DNA from: Spirochaetia bacterium
GTDB lineage: Bacteria > Spirochaetota > Spirochaetia > CADAEX01
Assembly: GCA_963662265.2 (NCBI GenBank)
Contig: CAXXHA010000014.1
Coordinates: 21,756 to 85,755, forward strand
Direction of reading: 5' to 3'
DNA: 64,000 bases
Shown: positions 1 through 9,649 of the stretch, piece by piece
Layout of the letters: every line of letters starts with the position of its first letter
How positions within the stretch are numbered: the first letter of the stretch is position 1
Position numbers and translations under genes: made by a program
Notes under the pieces: model-generated
What the model was told of the DNA's origin: nothing
Seen by the model: only the letters and a program-made list of their open reading frames with translations
Database searches by the model: none

Positions 1-669
1 ATAAGTTTTTCTTTCCTTACAAATAATTCATCACGAAGTGTAAGGGATTATATTGATAAATTATCACAAATGGGAATCTTTATAAAAAAAGAATACTTAT
101 ATACATCAATTCTTTTTGCTGCTGATTATTTAAAGGAAAATTATCCTACAGTTAAAAATCTTTATGTACTAGGAACCGAAAGCATGAAATTAGAACTTGC
201 AAGCTTTGGATTTGAAATTGTTAAGACAAATCCTGATGCTGTATTGATCGGTAATGATACAGAATTGACTTATGATAAATTATGCAAAGCTGCTTACTGG
301 ATTTCTGAAGCTGATTTAGTTATTTCCACACATCCAGATAGATTCTGTCCAACCAATGCAGAAGAATTTATTGCTATAGATTGCGGATGGATTACAGATT
401 TTCTTGAACAGATTACTGACAAAAAAGTTATTGTTCTGGGGAAACCTCATAAAGGAATGCTGAGTTATGCGCTTAAAAGATATGGTTATGAGCCTGGAGA
501 AGCTGCAATGGCAGGTGACAGATATAATACTGATATTAAAATGGCTATAGATGCTGGTTCTCTGTCTGTCTATATAAACAACGAAAGTATTGAAACTGTT
601 TCTGAACCAGATATAACTGTTCCCAATTTATTACAGTTTGGAATGATTCTCAACGGTATTAAGAATTGA
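1..669 (+). CDS. HAD-IIA (NagD-like) phosphatase, 5' end truncated by window edge
   Basis: Frame is open from base 1 and reads ISFSFLTNNSSRS (HAD-IIA motif II); later LGKP and MAGDRYNTDI motifs. Confidence 0.85.
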   Translation: MSFSFLTNNSSRSVRDYIDKLSQMGIFIKKEYLYTSILFAADYLKENYPTVKNLYVLGTESMKLELASFGFEIVKTNPDAVLIGNDTELTYDKLCKAAYWISEADLVISTHPDRFCPTNAEEFIAIDCGWITDFLEQITDKKVIVLGKPHKGMLSYALKRYGYEPGEAAMAGDRYNTDIKMAIDAGSLSVYINNESIETVSEPDITVPNLLQFGMILNGIKN

Positions 670-732
670 TAACAAATCAGAATCTGTAAAATAAATATTT
701 GACATGTTAAAGGTATATAAGGATAATAAATA

Positions 733-1299
733 ATGAATAAAAGAATAATTGAAGCGTTCAGAAATAATCCAATAATTCCTTCAGTAAAAAATGAAAATGA
801 TCTTGATGAAGCTCTTAAAACTGATAATGAAATAATATTTATAATTACATCGAATTTAATTAATATTTCAGATCTTGTTGCAAGAATTAAAGATTCTGAA
901 AAGCTTGCATTTGTTCACATAGATCTTGTTGACGGTCTTGGAACTTCGACTTATGCCTTGGATTATTTATTAAACTTAACTCAGGCCGATGGTATTATTA
1001 CTACAAAAACAGGTCTTATCAGAGCAGCAAAAGCAAGGGACGTATTTGTGATTAAAAGGTTTTTTATTTTTGACTCTATTTCTATTAATTCTGGCATTAA
1101 AGCTATAAAGGAACATGCTCCTGATGCTGTAGAAATACTACCTGGACTGATGCCGAGGGTTATAGAAAAATTTTCAAATATTACTTCTATTCCTGTTATT
1201 GTGGGAGGGCTTATAGAATCAAGGGAAGATATCATGACAGCACTTAAATCAGGAGCCTGTAGTGTTTCATCTACTAGACACAACACTTGGATTATGTAA
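733..1299 (+). CDS. glpP: Glycerol-3-phosphate-responsive antiterminator (GlpP family)
   Basis: FVHIDLVDGL, ADGIITTK, PDAVEILPG, IVGGLI, ALKSGA..VSST motifs; 188 aa. Confidence 0.9.
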   Translation: MNKRIIEAFRNNPIIPSVKNENDLDEALKTDNEIIFIITSNLINISDLVARIKDSEKLAFVHIDLVDGLGTSTYALDYLLNLTQADGIITTKTGLIRAAKARDVFVIKRFFIFDSISINSGIKAIKEHAPDAVEILPGLMPRVIEKFSNITSIPVIVGGLIESREDIMTALKSGACSVSSTRHNTWIM

Positions 1300-1333
1300 C
1301 TTGCTGAATGGGGAGGTCAATATTTCTATCGAT

Positions 1334-2245
1334 CTAATTATTAATTCTCTGTTTTCTATGTAATAAAGTTTTCGGGGAAAGCTGTGAAGACACTACGGCT
1401 GTCAGTATGCATAACATCCCAATCAAATGTATCCATGTGAATTTTTCTTTTAATATGATTATTGATAAGGTTATTGTAATAAACGGAACCAGGTAAATAA
1501 ACTGGCTTGTTCTTACAGGGCCTAATGATCTTACTGCGTGTGACCAAGTTATAAAACATATTCCTGATGCGAGTAATCCCAAAAACAGGAAGTGGAAAAG
1601 GTTGTCCGGTTTTATTATTCCCGAAATATCCGGAATCTGATTCAGTATAATTGCAGTAAAAGTTATTGCAATCCATCCGTAAAAAACCGATTTCCGGGTA
1701 ACGAGAATTGATGAGTATTTTACATTTACCTTCCTCAATAACAGGGTGTAGATTGAAAATACAAAAGCAGCTGACAGCGCCAGGATATCCCCGGTTACTG
1801 ATACTCCTGTTTTTGCTCCGGATTGGGATAATATCAAAAGAAAACCGATTATTGTCAGAGCAAAGGCAAACAAGTATTTCAATTTAAATGTCTCATCTTT
1901 ATAAAACAATGGACCTATAAGGCTTGTTAATAAAGGAATACTGGTGACAATGACAGAAACATTGGATGCATAAGTGTATTTTGTGGCAAGATTTTCAAGT
2001 GAGAAATATAAAAATATTCCCAGAAAACCTATCAGGCTGAATAATATTTCATCTTTCCATACTGTTTTTTTGAAACGCGGAGGTGAAAGTATTGATAAAA
2101 TCAAAAGGCCTATTGAAAACCTTACAAATGATATTTGAATTGCTGAATAATCAGCAATCAATAATTTTGTTGATATATAAGTGGAGCTCCAGATTGTAAT
2201 ACTGAAGATTGCTGAAAGAAATCCCATGTTTTTTATTCTGTTCAT
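1334..2245 (-). CDS. DMT/EamA family transporter
   Basis: About 10 TM segments; IWSSTY, RF, GDILAL and YLVP motifs in two EamA repeats. Confidence 0.88.
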   Translation of the reverse strand: MNRIKNMGFLSAIFSITIWSSTYISTKLLIADYSAIQISFVRFSIGLLILSILSPPRFKKTVWKDEILFSLIGFLGIFLYFSLENLATKYTYASNVSVIVTSIPLLTSLIGPLFYKDETFKLKYLFAFALTIIGFLLILSQSGAKTGVSVTGDILALSAAFVFSIYTLLLRKVNVKYSSILVTRKSVFYGWIAITFTAIILNQIPDISGIIKPDNLFHFLFLGLLASGICFITWSHAVRSLGPVRTSQFIYLVPFITITLSIIILKEKFTWIHLIGMLCILTAVVSSQLSPKTLLHRKQRINN

Positions 2246-2316
2246 ATATAACCTCTGATATGAATGGTACAGAATAAAAAAGAAAATGAATTGTAAAAAA
2301 TTGCGTTTGTAGCTAA

Positions 2317-3090
2317 TTATTTTTTTGATAACAGGGCTTCACGGTATTCCTGTGGCCGGAGACCTGAATAGAGCTTGAACTGTTTAATAAAGTGGCTCTG
2401 ATCTGAAAATCCGCATTCAAATGCTATTGTAGTTAAATCCATATTAGATTCAAATAATAGGACAGCTCTCTGAACCCGCATATTTACAATATCTGCATGG
2501 GGAGTCAATCCATATCTTTGAGCATATTTCCGTATGAAGCTGAATTTATTCAGTCCTGCCCGGGATGCAAGTTCATCAATACTTATTGAGATTTGCGGCA
2601 ATTCACGGATCTGGTTATGAATATTTTCTATTTCCAGTTCTGCTGTCTGATTTAATATTTTATATTCACTTACGATTTCCAGTAAGTGCTGAATAAATAC
2701 TTTTTCCAGATTCTCTTTTTCTATGGAATTATTTATGATCTGATTAAGAATGTTCTTAAAGTCAAATGGAGTAGGTCTAGCTACTGTATTAAATAAACAG
2801 GGGGAAATACTTAATTTGTCTTTCCACCATTTATTATCAATATAAAACATTTGAAATTTATAATTATCATCATTTTCAGGAGTGCATATGTGTGCTACTT
2901 CGGCAGGAATAATAACAATATCACCAGGCAACAGCAAATATTCCTGATTCTGAACATTAAACAATGTTTTTCCCTTTTCAATATATCCTAAAGATATATC
3001 CTCATGGGAATGAACACGTTTAGAGTACACTTCTTTTCTGCTGTTTGTTTTCAATGTGAGGAATGGGTATTTTCTGAAAGTTTGAATCAT
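2317..3090 (-). CDS. AraC family transcriptional regulator (cupin sensor + HTH)
   Basis: HSH cupin motif; C-terminal IAFECGFSDQSHFIKQFK; ATG at 3090 overlaps the upstream stop (ATGA coupling). Confidence 0.88.
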   Translation of the reverse strand: MIQTFRKYPFLTLKTNSRKEVYSKRVHSHEDISLGYIEKGKTLFNVQNQEYLLLPGDIVIIPAEVAHICTPENDDNYKFQMFYIDNKWWKDKLSISPCLFNTVARPTPFDFKNILNQIINNSIEKENLEKVFIQHLLEIVSEYKILNQTAELEIENIHNQIRELPQISISIDELASRAGLNKFSFIRKYAQRYGLTPHADIVNMRVQRAVLLFESNMDLTTIAFECGFSDQSHFIKQFKLYSGLRPQEYREALLSKK

Positions 3091-3785
3091 ACTATAACTT
3101 CTCTGATCCATTTTTTCAGATAAATCAACTGTTCTTCTGTATGAAAAAAATGATCTCCATTTTTCATGATATCAGTATTGCAGTTGTACTTTTCAGAAAA
3201 ATATTCAAGAACACTTCTTTCTGTCAGATTGTCGTTTTCTCCATACAAAATCCAGGTATCTGATTCCCATTTTATGATTGGATGATTTTTTACATACTCA
3301 TAGTAATTCCAGGATAATGTTTCACCGAATGATGTACTGATTTCTTTTTTTTCCTGAAGCTGTTTTTCTGTTACATTCGACCATTCCATCATGTTCCTGA
3401 TCAACTTCTCCATATCCAGTATCGGAGACAGAAACAGGCATTTTTCAAATACTGTATTCTGAAATGCAGTCTGGCAGAAATAGGCTCCTAAACTGCACGC
3501 AAATAACGAGATATGTTTGTATTTATCTTTTAGATATGAATAAACAGTTTTCAGATCATATGTACCGTTCTGAACTGTGCATGGATAGCCTGTATTTATA
3601 CGATCTCCATGTTCAGGTAAGTCAAAACTCAATACCTGGTATCCTGAACTGTTTGCAATTTCTGCAAAGGATTCAGCTTCTTCCTTGCTGGAGTGCTTGC
3701 CGTGTACATATAAATATATTTTTTCTGATTGATTCCCGTATAAAATCGCAGGTATGGAGTCTATTTGTATTTTCTCTTTTTTCAC
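3087..3785 (-). CDS. Alpha/beta hydrolase
   Basis: HG oxyanion motif, FDLPEHG, nucleophile elbow ACSLGA, YGENDN, GDHFFH. Confidence 0.82.
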   Translation of the reverse strand: MKKEKIQIDSIPAILYGNQSEKIYLYVHGKHSSKEEAESFAEIANSSGYQVLSFDLPEHGDRINTGYPCTVQNGTYDLKTVYSYLKDKYKHISLFACSLGAYFCQTAFQNTVFEKCLFLSPILDMEKLIRNMMEWSNVTEKQLQEKKEISTSFGETLSWNYYEYVKNHPIIKWESDTWILYGENDNLTERSVLEYFSEKYNCNTDIMKNGDHFFHTEEQLIYLKKWIREVIV

Positions 3786-3877
3786 TTCAATATCCTTAAT
3801 TATTTAATATTAAAAATGAAACATATTTACTGTAATAATTCAACAGGTCTTTACTAAAGCAAAAGCCACCTGGTAAA

Positions 3878-4169
3878 TCACTTTCGAGCACTTTCTCTTC
3901 GAGAAAGTCTCTGTCATTGTTGCAAAACAAGTTTTGCAACCTTCTCTGGTGAGGGGGCATGAATCGGGCATACGATGTGATTTCTTTTTGTGTGGCTTTT
4001 GCCACACCGAAAGCCCCCTCTAATTCACTTTAGAGCACTTTCCCTTTGAGAAAGTCTCTGCCTTTGCGAGCACATTCGTAAACGAATGTCTCTGAGTTGT
4101 TGTAAAACAAGTTTTAAAACTTCTGGGGGCGTGGCTTTCAAACCACCTGCTTTGCTGGTGGTTGTTGAT
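3878..4169. repeat. Structured non-coding element of repeated hairpins (REP/BIME-like or ncRNA)
   Basis: Three GAGCAC-stem-GTCTCTG hairpins (3886-3911, 4033-4058, 4068-4092); two GTTG(C/T)AAAACAAGTTTT palindromes (3919-3940, 4099-4120); GAGGGGGC/GCCCCCTC stem (3951-4020); terminal AACCACC..GGTGGTT hairpin. Confidence 0.7.
4133..4169 (+). repeat. 37-bp dispersed hairpin repeat, copy 1 (resembles an IS200/IS605 terminal hairpin)
   Basis: GGCTTTCAAACCACCTGCTTTGCTGGTGGTTGTTGAT; 36/37 identical to 22783-22819. Confidence 0.75.
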
Positions 4170-4306
4170 TTGAATGAGATAGACGGAAAATTACATACAT
4201 TCATTTATCTCTTGACCTTATAATGAAAATAAATCAAAAATTAGGTAATAATATGGATTAAATATATATTCAATAAATCTGGAAAGCAAATTAAAAAGGA
4301 ATTCAA

Positions 4307-5068
4307 ATGAACAGAATAGTATCATGGAATGTTAACGGAATAAGGGCTGCGGAAGGCAAGGGACTTTATGACTGGCTGCAGGATTTCAAGCCTGATATAT
4401 TTTGTATTCAGGAAACAAAGGCGCAGCCTGAACAGCTAAATGATGTTTTTCACAAACAGGGCGGATACTACAGCTACTTCATGAGTGCTGAAAGAAAAGG
4501 GTATGCAGGGACTGCATTATACAGCAGAGTTAAACCTGAGTCAGTTGATAACATGGGCGTTGAAGAGTTTGACAGCGAAGGACGTACTATAGTTGCTCAC
4601 TATGAGGATTTCACGCTGATTAACTGCTACTTTCCCAATTCACAGAATGAGGGGATAAGGCTTGATTTCAAGCTTAAGTATAACAGGGCTTTGCATAAAC
4701 TTGCATCTTCCTTTGCTGATGAAGGAAGGAATGTGATTATATGCGGCGACTATAATGTTGCCCATAAGCCGATAGACCTTACCCATCCAAAAGCAAATGA
4801 GAAAAATGCAGGGTATCTTCCTGAAGAGCGGGAGTGGATGGACAGGTTTACAGAATCTGGATGGACTGACAGTTTCAGGCATTTCCATACGGAACCTGAG
4901 CAGTATACATGGTGGTCCTACAGGATGAAGGCCAGGGAGAAGAATGTCGGATGGCGTCTTGATTATTTCTGTGTAAATGAAAGTTTCATGAATCAGGTTG
5001 AGGACAGCCGGATACATCAGGAAGTAATGGGGAGTGATCATTGCCCGATTGAACTGATATTGAAATAA
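4307..5068 (+). CDS. xth: Exodeoxyribonuclease III / AP endonuclease
   Basis: SWNVNGIRA, CIQETK, GDYNVAH, YTWWSYR, GWRLDYF, GSDHCP motifs. Confidence 0.96.
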   Translation: MNRIVSWNVNGIRAAEGKGLYDWLQDFKPDIFCIQETKAQPEQLNDVFHKQGGYYSYFMSAERKGYAGTALYSRVKPESVDNMGVEEFDSEGRTIVAHYEDFTLINCYFPNSQNEGIRLDFKLKYNRALHKLASSFADEGRNVIICGDYNVAHKPIDLTHPKANEKNAGYLPEEREWMDRFTESGWTDSFRHFHTEPEQYTWWSYRMKAREKNVGWRLDYFCVNESFMNQVEDSRIHQEVMGSDHCPIELILK

Positions 5069-5372
5069 TGAGGCATTTTTATGATTTTATTACTTTGAGA
5101 ATTCGTACTGAAAGTTGAAAAATGCTTCAGAAAATAAAGCAGATAATGATATGCTTAAAATTATCGAATTCTGCAGAATCATGAAAAATAATAAAATTAC
5201 AAGTTTCTTCTTTATAATAAAAGAATTATATTATAAATAATTATATATTTATAAATGAATTATTACTGTATAAAGCTGATCTGTTTATTGCAGGATCTGT
5301 TGGGCAGGTTGGTTTAATAATTATACTGATTTTTCCGTTTTGACGGTGAAAAAAATATCTAAGGAGACAATT

Positions 5373-7025
5373 ATGCTTCAGCCTCTTAAAGCTAAAGAGA
5401 AATTCAATAAAAGGAAAGGACCGGTTGTTCTTGTAATCATGGACGGTGTCGGTTACGGGAAATATAATGAAGGGGATGCAGTTAGCAATGCTCTTACACC
5501 CTATCTTGATGAACTTTCCGCATCCTGTCCTGTAACAAAGCTCAAGGCTCACGGAACTGCGGTAGGTCTTCCGTCAGATGATGATATGGGTAACAGCGAA
5601 GTAGGGCACAATGCTATAGGTTGCGGAAGAGTTTTTTCACAGGGCGCCAAGCTTGTTTCGCAGTCAATTAAAAGCGGAAAAATGTTTGAAGGTGATACAT
5701 GGAAGAAGCTTGTTACAAATGCAAAGGATAAAAAATCAACTCTGCATTTTCTCGGGCTTTTTTCTGACGGTAATGTACACAGCCACTATGATCATCTTAC
5801 AGCTATGATTGAAAAAGCAAGGGAAGAGGGTGTTGCAAAGGTGAGAATCCACATTCTTCTTGACGGACGAGATGTCGGTGAGACATCTGCCCTTGACTAT
5901 GTAAGACCTTTCGAGGAATTCCTTTCCGGATTGAGAAGTGATTCCTTTGACTGCAGAATTGCTTCCGGAGGCGGAAGAATGCAGATTACCATGGACAGAT
6001 ACGGTGCAAACTGGGGAATGGTTGAAAAGGGATGGCATACACATGTTCTTGGAGAAGGACGGTATTTTGAATCTGCGGAAGAAGCTATAGAAACTATCAG
6101 AAAGGAAACAGGAGCTATTGACCAGGACCTCCAGCCTTTTGTCATTGCAGATAACGGGAAACCGGTTGGCACAGTGGAAGATGGTGATTCTTTTATTTTC
6201 TTCAACTTCAGGGGCGATAGATCTCTTGAAATCACAGAAACTTTTGAAAGCAGGGATTTTAACAAATTTGACAGGAAAAGATACCCATCTGTTGAATATG
6301 CAGGAATGATGGAATATGACGGAGATCTCCATGTGCCTGCCCAGTACCTTGTAAATCCTCCTTCAATTGACAGAACAATGGGCGAGTACCTTGTATCTTC
6401 AGGAGTTAAACAGCTTGCAATAAGCGAGACACAGAAATATGGTCATGTGACATACTTTTTCAACGGGAACAAAACCGGAAAGTTTGATGAAAAGCTTGAG
6501 GAGTATGTTGAAATTACTTCAGATATTGTTCCTTTCGAACAGAGACCGTGGATGAAATGCGCTGATATTACAGACAGGGTTATGAAGGAAATTGAAGATG
6601 GAAAGTATGATTTCATAAGACTTAATTTCCCCAACGGCGACATGGTTGGACATACTGGTATATACGAAGCTGTTGTATGTTCAATGGAAGCTCTTGATCT
6701 CTGCATAGGGCGTCTTAAATCTTCAGTCGAGAAGGCCGGGGGTGTTATGCTTCTTACTGCTGACCACGGCAACGCGGATGATATGTTTGAACATGACAAG
6801 AAAACAGGTGATGTCAAAATAAAGGAAAACAGGAAACCGAAGGCAAAGACTTCACATTCTCTTAATCCTGTCCCATGCATCATTTATGATCCGGAGTATA
6901 ACGGAGAGTATTCAACGGAACTTAACGAAGGGCTCGGCATAAGCAGTGTTGCCACAACATGCATTGAACTCCTGGGATATGAAGCTCCAGAGGATTATGA
7001 CAAGTCAGTGCTTAACTGGAAATAA
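5373..7025 (+). CDS. gpmI: 2,3-bisphosphoglycerate-independent phosphoglycerate mutase
   Basis: MDGVG, MGNSEVGH, SDGNVHSH, FNFRGDR, ETQKYGHVT, NGDMVGHTG, TADHGN; AGGAG RBS before ATG 5373. Confidence 0.96.
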   Translation: MLQPLKAKEKFNKRKGPVVLVIMDGVGYGKYNEGDAVSNALTPYLDELSASCPVTKLKAHGTAVGLPSDDDMGNSEVGHNAIGCGRVFSQGAKLVSQSIKSGKMFEGDTWKKLVTNAKDKKSTLHFLGLFSDGNVHSHYDHLTAMIEKAREEGVAKVRIHILLDGRDVGETSALDYVRPFEEFLSGLRSDSFDCRIASGGGRMQITMDRYGANWGMVEKGWHTHVLGEGRYFESAEEAIETIRKETGAIDQDLQPFVIADNGKPVGTVEDGDSFIFFNFRGDRSLEITETFESRDFNKFDRKRYPSVEYAGMMEYDGDLHVPAQYLVNPPSIDRTMGEYLVSSGVKQLAISETQKYGHVTYFFNGNKTGKFDEKLEEYVEITSDIVPFEQRPWMKCADITDRVMKEIEDGKYDFIRLNFPNGDMVGHTGIYEAVVCSMEALDLCIGRLKSSVEKAGGVMLLTADHGNADDMFEHDKKTGDVKIKENRKPKAKTSHSLNPVPCIIYDPEYNGEYSTELNEGLGISSVATTCIELLGYEAPEDYDKSVLNWK

Positions 7026-7035
7026 TGAAATAATC

Positions 7036-7065
7036 AACCGGTTTTCTGTAGATGGAAAACCGGTT
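7036..7065. terminator. Intrinsic terminator between convergent gpmI and LRR lipoprotein gene
   Basis: AACCGGTTTTC-N8-GAAAACCGGTT perfect inverted repeat. Confidence 0.7.
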
Positions 7066-7160
7066 AAATTAATATAATAGCTGCATTATAAAAATAGAAT
7101 ATCAACCTATATTCTGTTATGGTTCAATATTATTTAAAGATTGGAACTGTCCATATCATA

Positions 7161-8612
7161 TTAAAGATCATCAATTATTGTATTAAAGATGCCATCTTCC
7201 TGTCTGAATGGATAAATATTATAATTTGGTGATCCTGACGGTATATGAAGTGTACAGCCGCTTATTAGATCAAAAACTTTTGAACCCATAGATGGCGGAT
7301 TTAAAGGCTTCATATTTACTGTATGAAGACTGGTGCATGTTGAAAAGGCTTCTGTCTCTATAGATGTTATGCCGGCTGGGATTGTTATAGTTGTTAAACT
7401 GCTGCAGCCTCCGAAAGTTAATTCGTTAATGACAGTAACCTTTTCTGGTATTGTAATACTGTTGAGATTTTCACAAAGCATAAATGCAAAGCTTCCGATA
7501 TCGGTAATACTGTCAGGTAAGGATATGCTGGAAAAACTATTACCTGAAAAAGCTTCTGATCCTATATTTGTAACACTGTCCGGGATAATAATGTTTGTAA
7601 GACTGCTGCAGGAATCAAAACCACAATCTCCTATTGATGTTACTGGTTTTCCTTTCCAGTAATTGGGAATTCTTATATCCGTCTGATTTCCCGCAGTTCC
7701 TTTTTTTACTTCATATTCGGTATCATTTTCAATTAAATCGTATAAAAGCCCATCACTGGCATCATACCATTTTGCAAAAAGTTCAATATCCCTGTCTACT
7801 GTATCGTTATCAAAATCCCATAGATTTTGATAAGACACTTCTTTATACCATCTTCCGAATCCGAATCCGTTCTTAACGGGTATTGAAGGATATGATAATT
7901 TTCCACCATTAGTAATTGTCTGTGACGGAATACTGCTGCCGCCGCAGGAATTAAAACTAACAACAGGACGTTCTTCGAATACATAAACTATATAGTGCTG
8001 AGATGAACTATCCTCTGCTGTTACAGTATAGGTAACAGGAACAGAAAAATTCTGGGATATACCTGATGCCGGATTCAGGCTGATGCCTGTATGATTAACA
8101 GTTGGAGTCAGAGATGATATGTCTGTTCCACCGGGGACATCAACTTCTATTGTATGATTGATTGTATCAATGTGTCCTGTAATGGATAAAAATGAAAACT
8201 CAAATAATGTTATTGATTTTTCGGAAGATGGAGTTGAATATTCTGTAACAGTAACAACATATCCCTGAGTTGATTTATCTTCTGCTGTTACTGTATATAT
8301 TACAGGATTTGTAAAATTCTGAGAAGTTCCTGGGTTATAATTAATACTTAAACCTGTATAAACTATAGTAGGAATTAATGATGTTACATCAGTGCCTTCT
8401 GGTACAGTTACTGTAATTGTATGGGTTGATTCATTTACAGTACCGATAGCGGCAGGACTGGTAAAATAAAATGCTGTAATTTCTTTTGAACAGCCAGATG
8501 GGGTAGAACTGTTTACAGACTCCGGTTGAACTGAACATGATATCAGATGAAATAAAGTGAAAAAACACAAAAAAACAGAAACAGACCTTAAAAAATAAAA
8601 TATACTTTTCAT
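7161..8612 (-). CDS. Surface lipoprotein: two Ig-like repeats + InlB B-repeat-like domain + BspA/TpLRR leucine-rich repeats
   Basis: Lipobox LISC; duplicated 'ITVTVP.GTD..SL.P...NF..PV.YTVTAED' unit; FNSCGGS..WDF..FAKW; repeats of 'IPDSVT.IG..AF..C..L'. Confidence 0.8.
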   Translation of the reverse strand: MKSIFYFLRSVSVFLCFFTLFHLISCSVQPESVNSSTPSGCSKEITAFYFTSPAAIGTVNESTHTITVTVPEGTDVTSLIPTIVYTGLSINYNPGTSQNFTNPVIYTVTAEDKSTQGYVVTVTEYSTPSSEKSITLFEFSFLSITGHIDTINHTIEVDVPGGTDISSLTPTVNHTGISLNPASGISQNFSVPVTYTVTAEDSSSQHYIVYVFEERPVVSFNSCGGSSIPSQTITNGGKLSYPSIPVKNGFGFGRWYKEVSYQNLWDFDNDTVDRDIELFAKWYDASDGLLYDLIENDTEYEVKKGTAGNQTDIRIPNYWKGKPVTSIGDCGFDSCSSLTNIIIPDSVTNIGSEAFSGNSFSSISLPDSITDIGSFAFMLCENLNSITIPEKVTVINELTFGGCSSLTTITIPAGITSIETEAFSTCTSLHTVNMKPLNPPSMGSKVFDLISGCTLHIPSGSPNYNIYPFRQEDGIFNTIIDDL

Positions 8613-8701
8613 TATTAACCTCTTAAATATATTTTATTTATACTACAATTATAAATATTGTCAATAAAAAAACAGATTGTGTAATAAACTATAAGGGAAT
8701 G

Positions 8702-9553
8702 TCATTCGAAATCATAATATAACCACTGCTTTGAAAATCCTTTGAATCCGTAGTGTTTGACAAGTTCCTGTTTGTCTTTGAAATTATCTCCGTAATGTGT
8801 AAGAAGAATCTTCTTTTTTATATAATCAGGCAATGTTTTTAACTCTTCAATTCCTGAATGTACTCCTCCTGTGAAAAACTGACAGTCATGTAATATGATT
8901 TCAAAATTATACTTGCTTTCTGCTTCGAGAAGGAAATCTGGATCAAACCTTGTATCACCTGAAAACAGAATCCTGTCATCTATAATAAGCCCACAGCTCC
9001 AGAATCCTGAGTCCCAGTTGTCCTCCTCCGGTATATGCATTGTTCTGAACATTTTTATATTTAAAGGACCTGAATTTGTTTCATATGCATCCCTTGAAAA
9101 GGTTTTTATTCTTTCAGGGTAAATAACTTCCCAGAAATCATCGAAAGTCAGTGAGTGTCCGAATTTATCCTGGTTGAATCCGCATCCTCCCCGCAGTGAA
9201 AGGTCCCATAAAAGATGTTTATAGGTTTTTGTTATTATTATAGATGGCTTTGTATTTGTAATATAACGGCCTGAAAGCATTACCTCTTCAAGCCCCCCTA
9301 TATGGTCAGCATGTGAATGGGTGATAAGGTAATTTTTAATATCAGATACTGAAAGGCCCAGTTCATACAAAGCCTGTGGAAGTTTTGTCCCGCAGTCAAT
9401 GAGAAGATGATGGTCTCCTTTTATAATGAGAAGATTTGTCTGGTAGAGTTTTTTTGTGAAAGCTGAACCTGTACCTATGAAAAACAGGGAAAGATTACCA
9501 TTGTTAGTGAGATTGAGTTTTCCATCAGTTAGTGTTCTTGTAATAAAACCCAT
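8702..9553 (-). CDS. Metallo-beta-lactamase-fold hydrolase (RNase Z/phosphodiesterase-like)
   Basis: GTGSAF, LLIDCG, THSHADHIGG (HxHxDH), FSGDT, HDCQ, LTHY. Confidence 0.82.
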   Translation of the reverse strand: MGFITRTLTDGKLNLTNNGNLSLFFIGTGSAFTKKLYQTNLLIIKGDHHLLIDCGTKLPQALYELGLSVSDIKNYLITHSHADHIGGLEEVMLSGRYITNTKPSIIITKTYKHLLWDLSLRGGCGFNQDKFGHSLTFDDFWEVIYPERIKTFSRDAYETNSGPLNIKMFRTMHIPEEDNWDSGFWSCGLIIDDRILFSGDTRFDPDFLLEAESKYNFEIILHDCQFFTGGVHSGIEELKTLPDYIKKKILLTHYGDNFKDKQELVKHYGFKGFSKQWLYYDFE

Positions 9554-9601
9554 TATAAAAATTATCGTATTATTTTGAGAAAATTGCCAGTTATACGAAA
9601 A

Positions 9602-9632
9602 ACCCCTGTAAAGGACATGCCTTTACAGGGGT
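9602..9632 (-). terminator. Intrinsic terminator after giant lipoprotein gene
   Basis: ACCCCTGTAAAGG-ACATG-CCTTTACAGGGGT 13-bp stem, followed by a T-run on the minus strand. Confidence 0.75.
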
Positions 9633-9649
9633 GAAATTATATTAAATTA

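Noticed and set aside
3796-4005. 69-aa minus-strand ORF
   Set aside because: It runs through the palindromic repeat element and has no recognisable motif; better explained as non-coding structure
3878-4169. Possible CRISPR array
   Set aside because: Repeat units differ in their cores, spacing is irregular, and no cas genes are in the window
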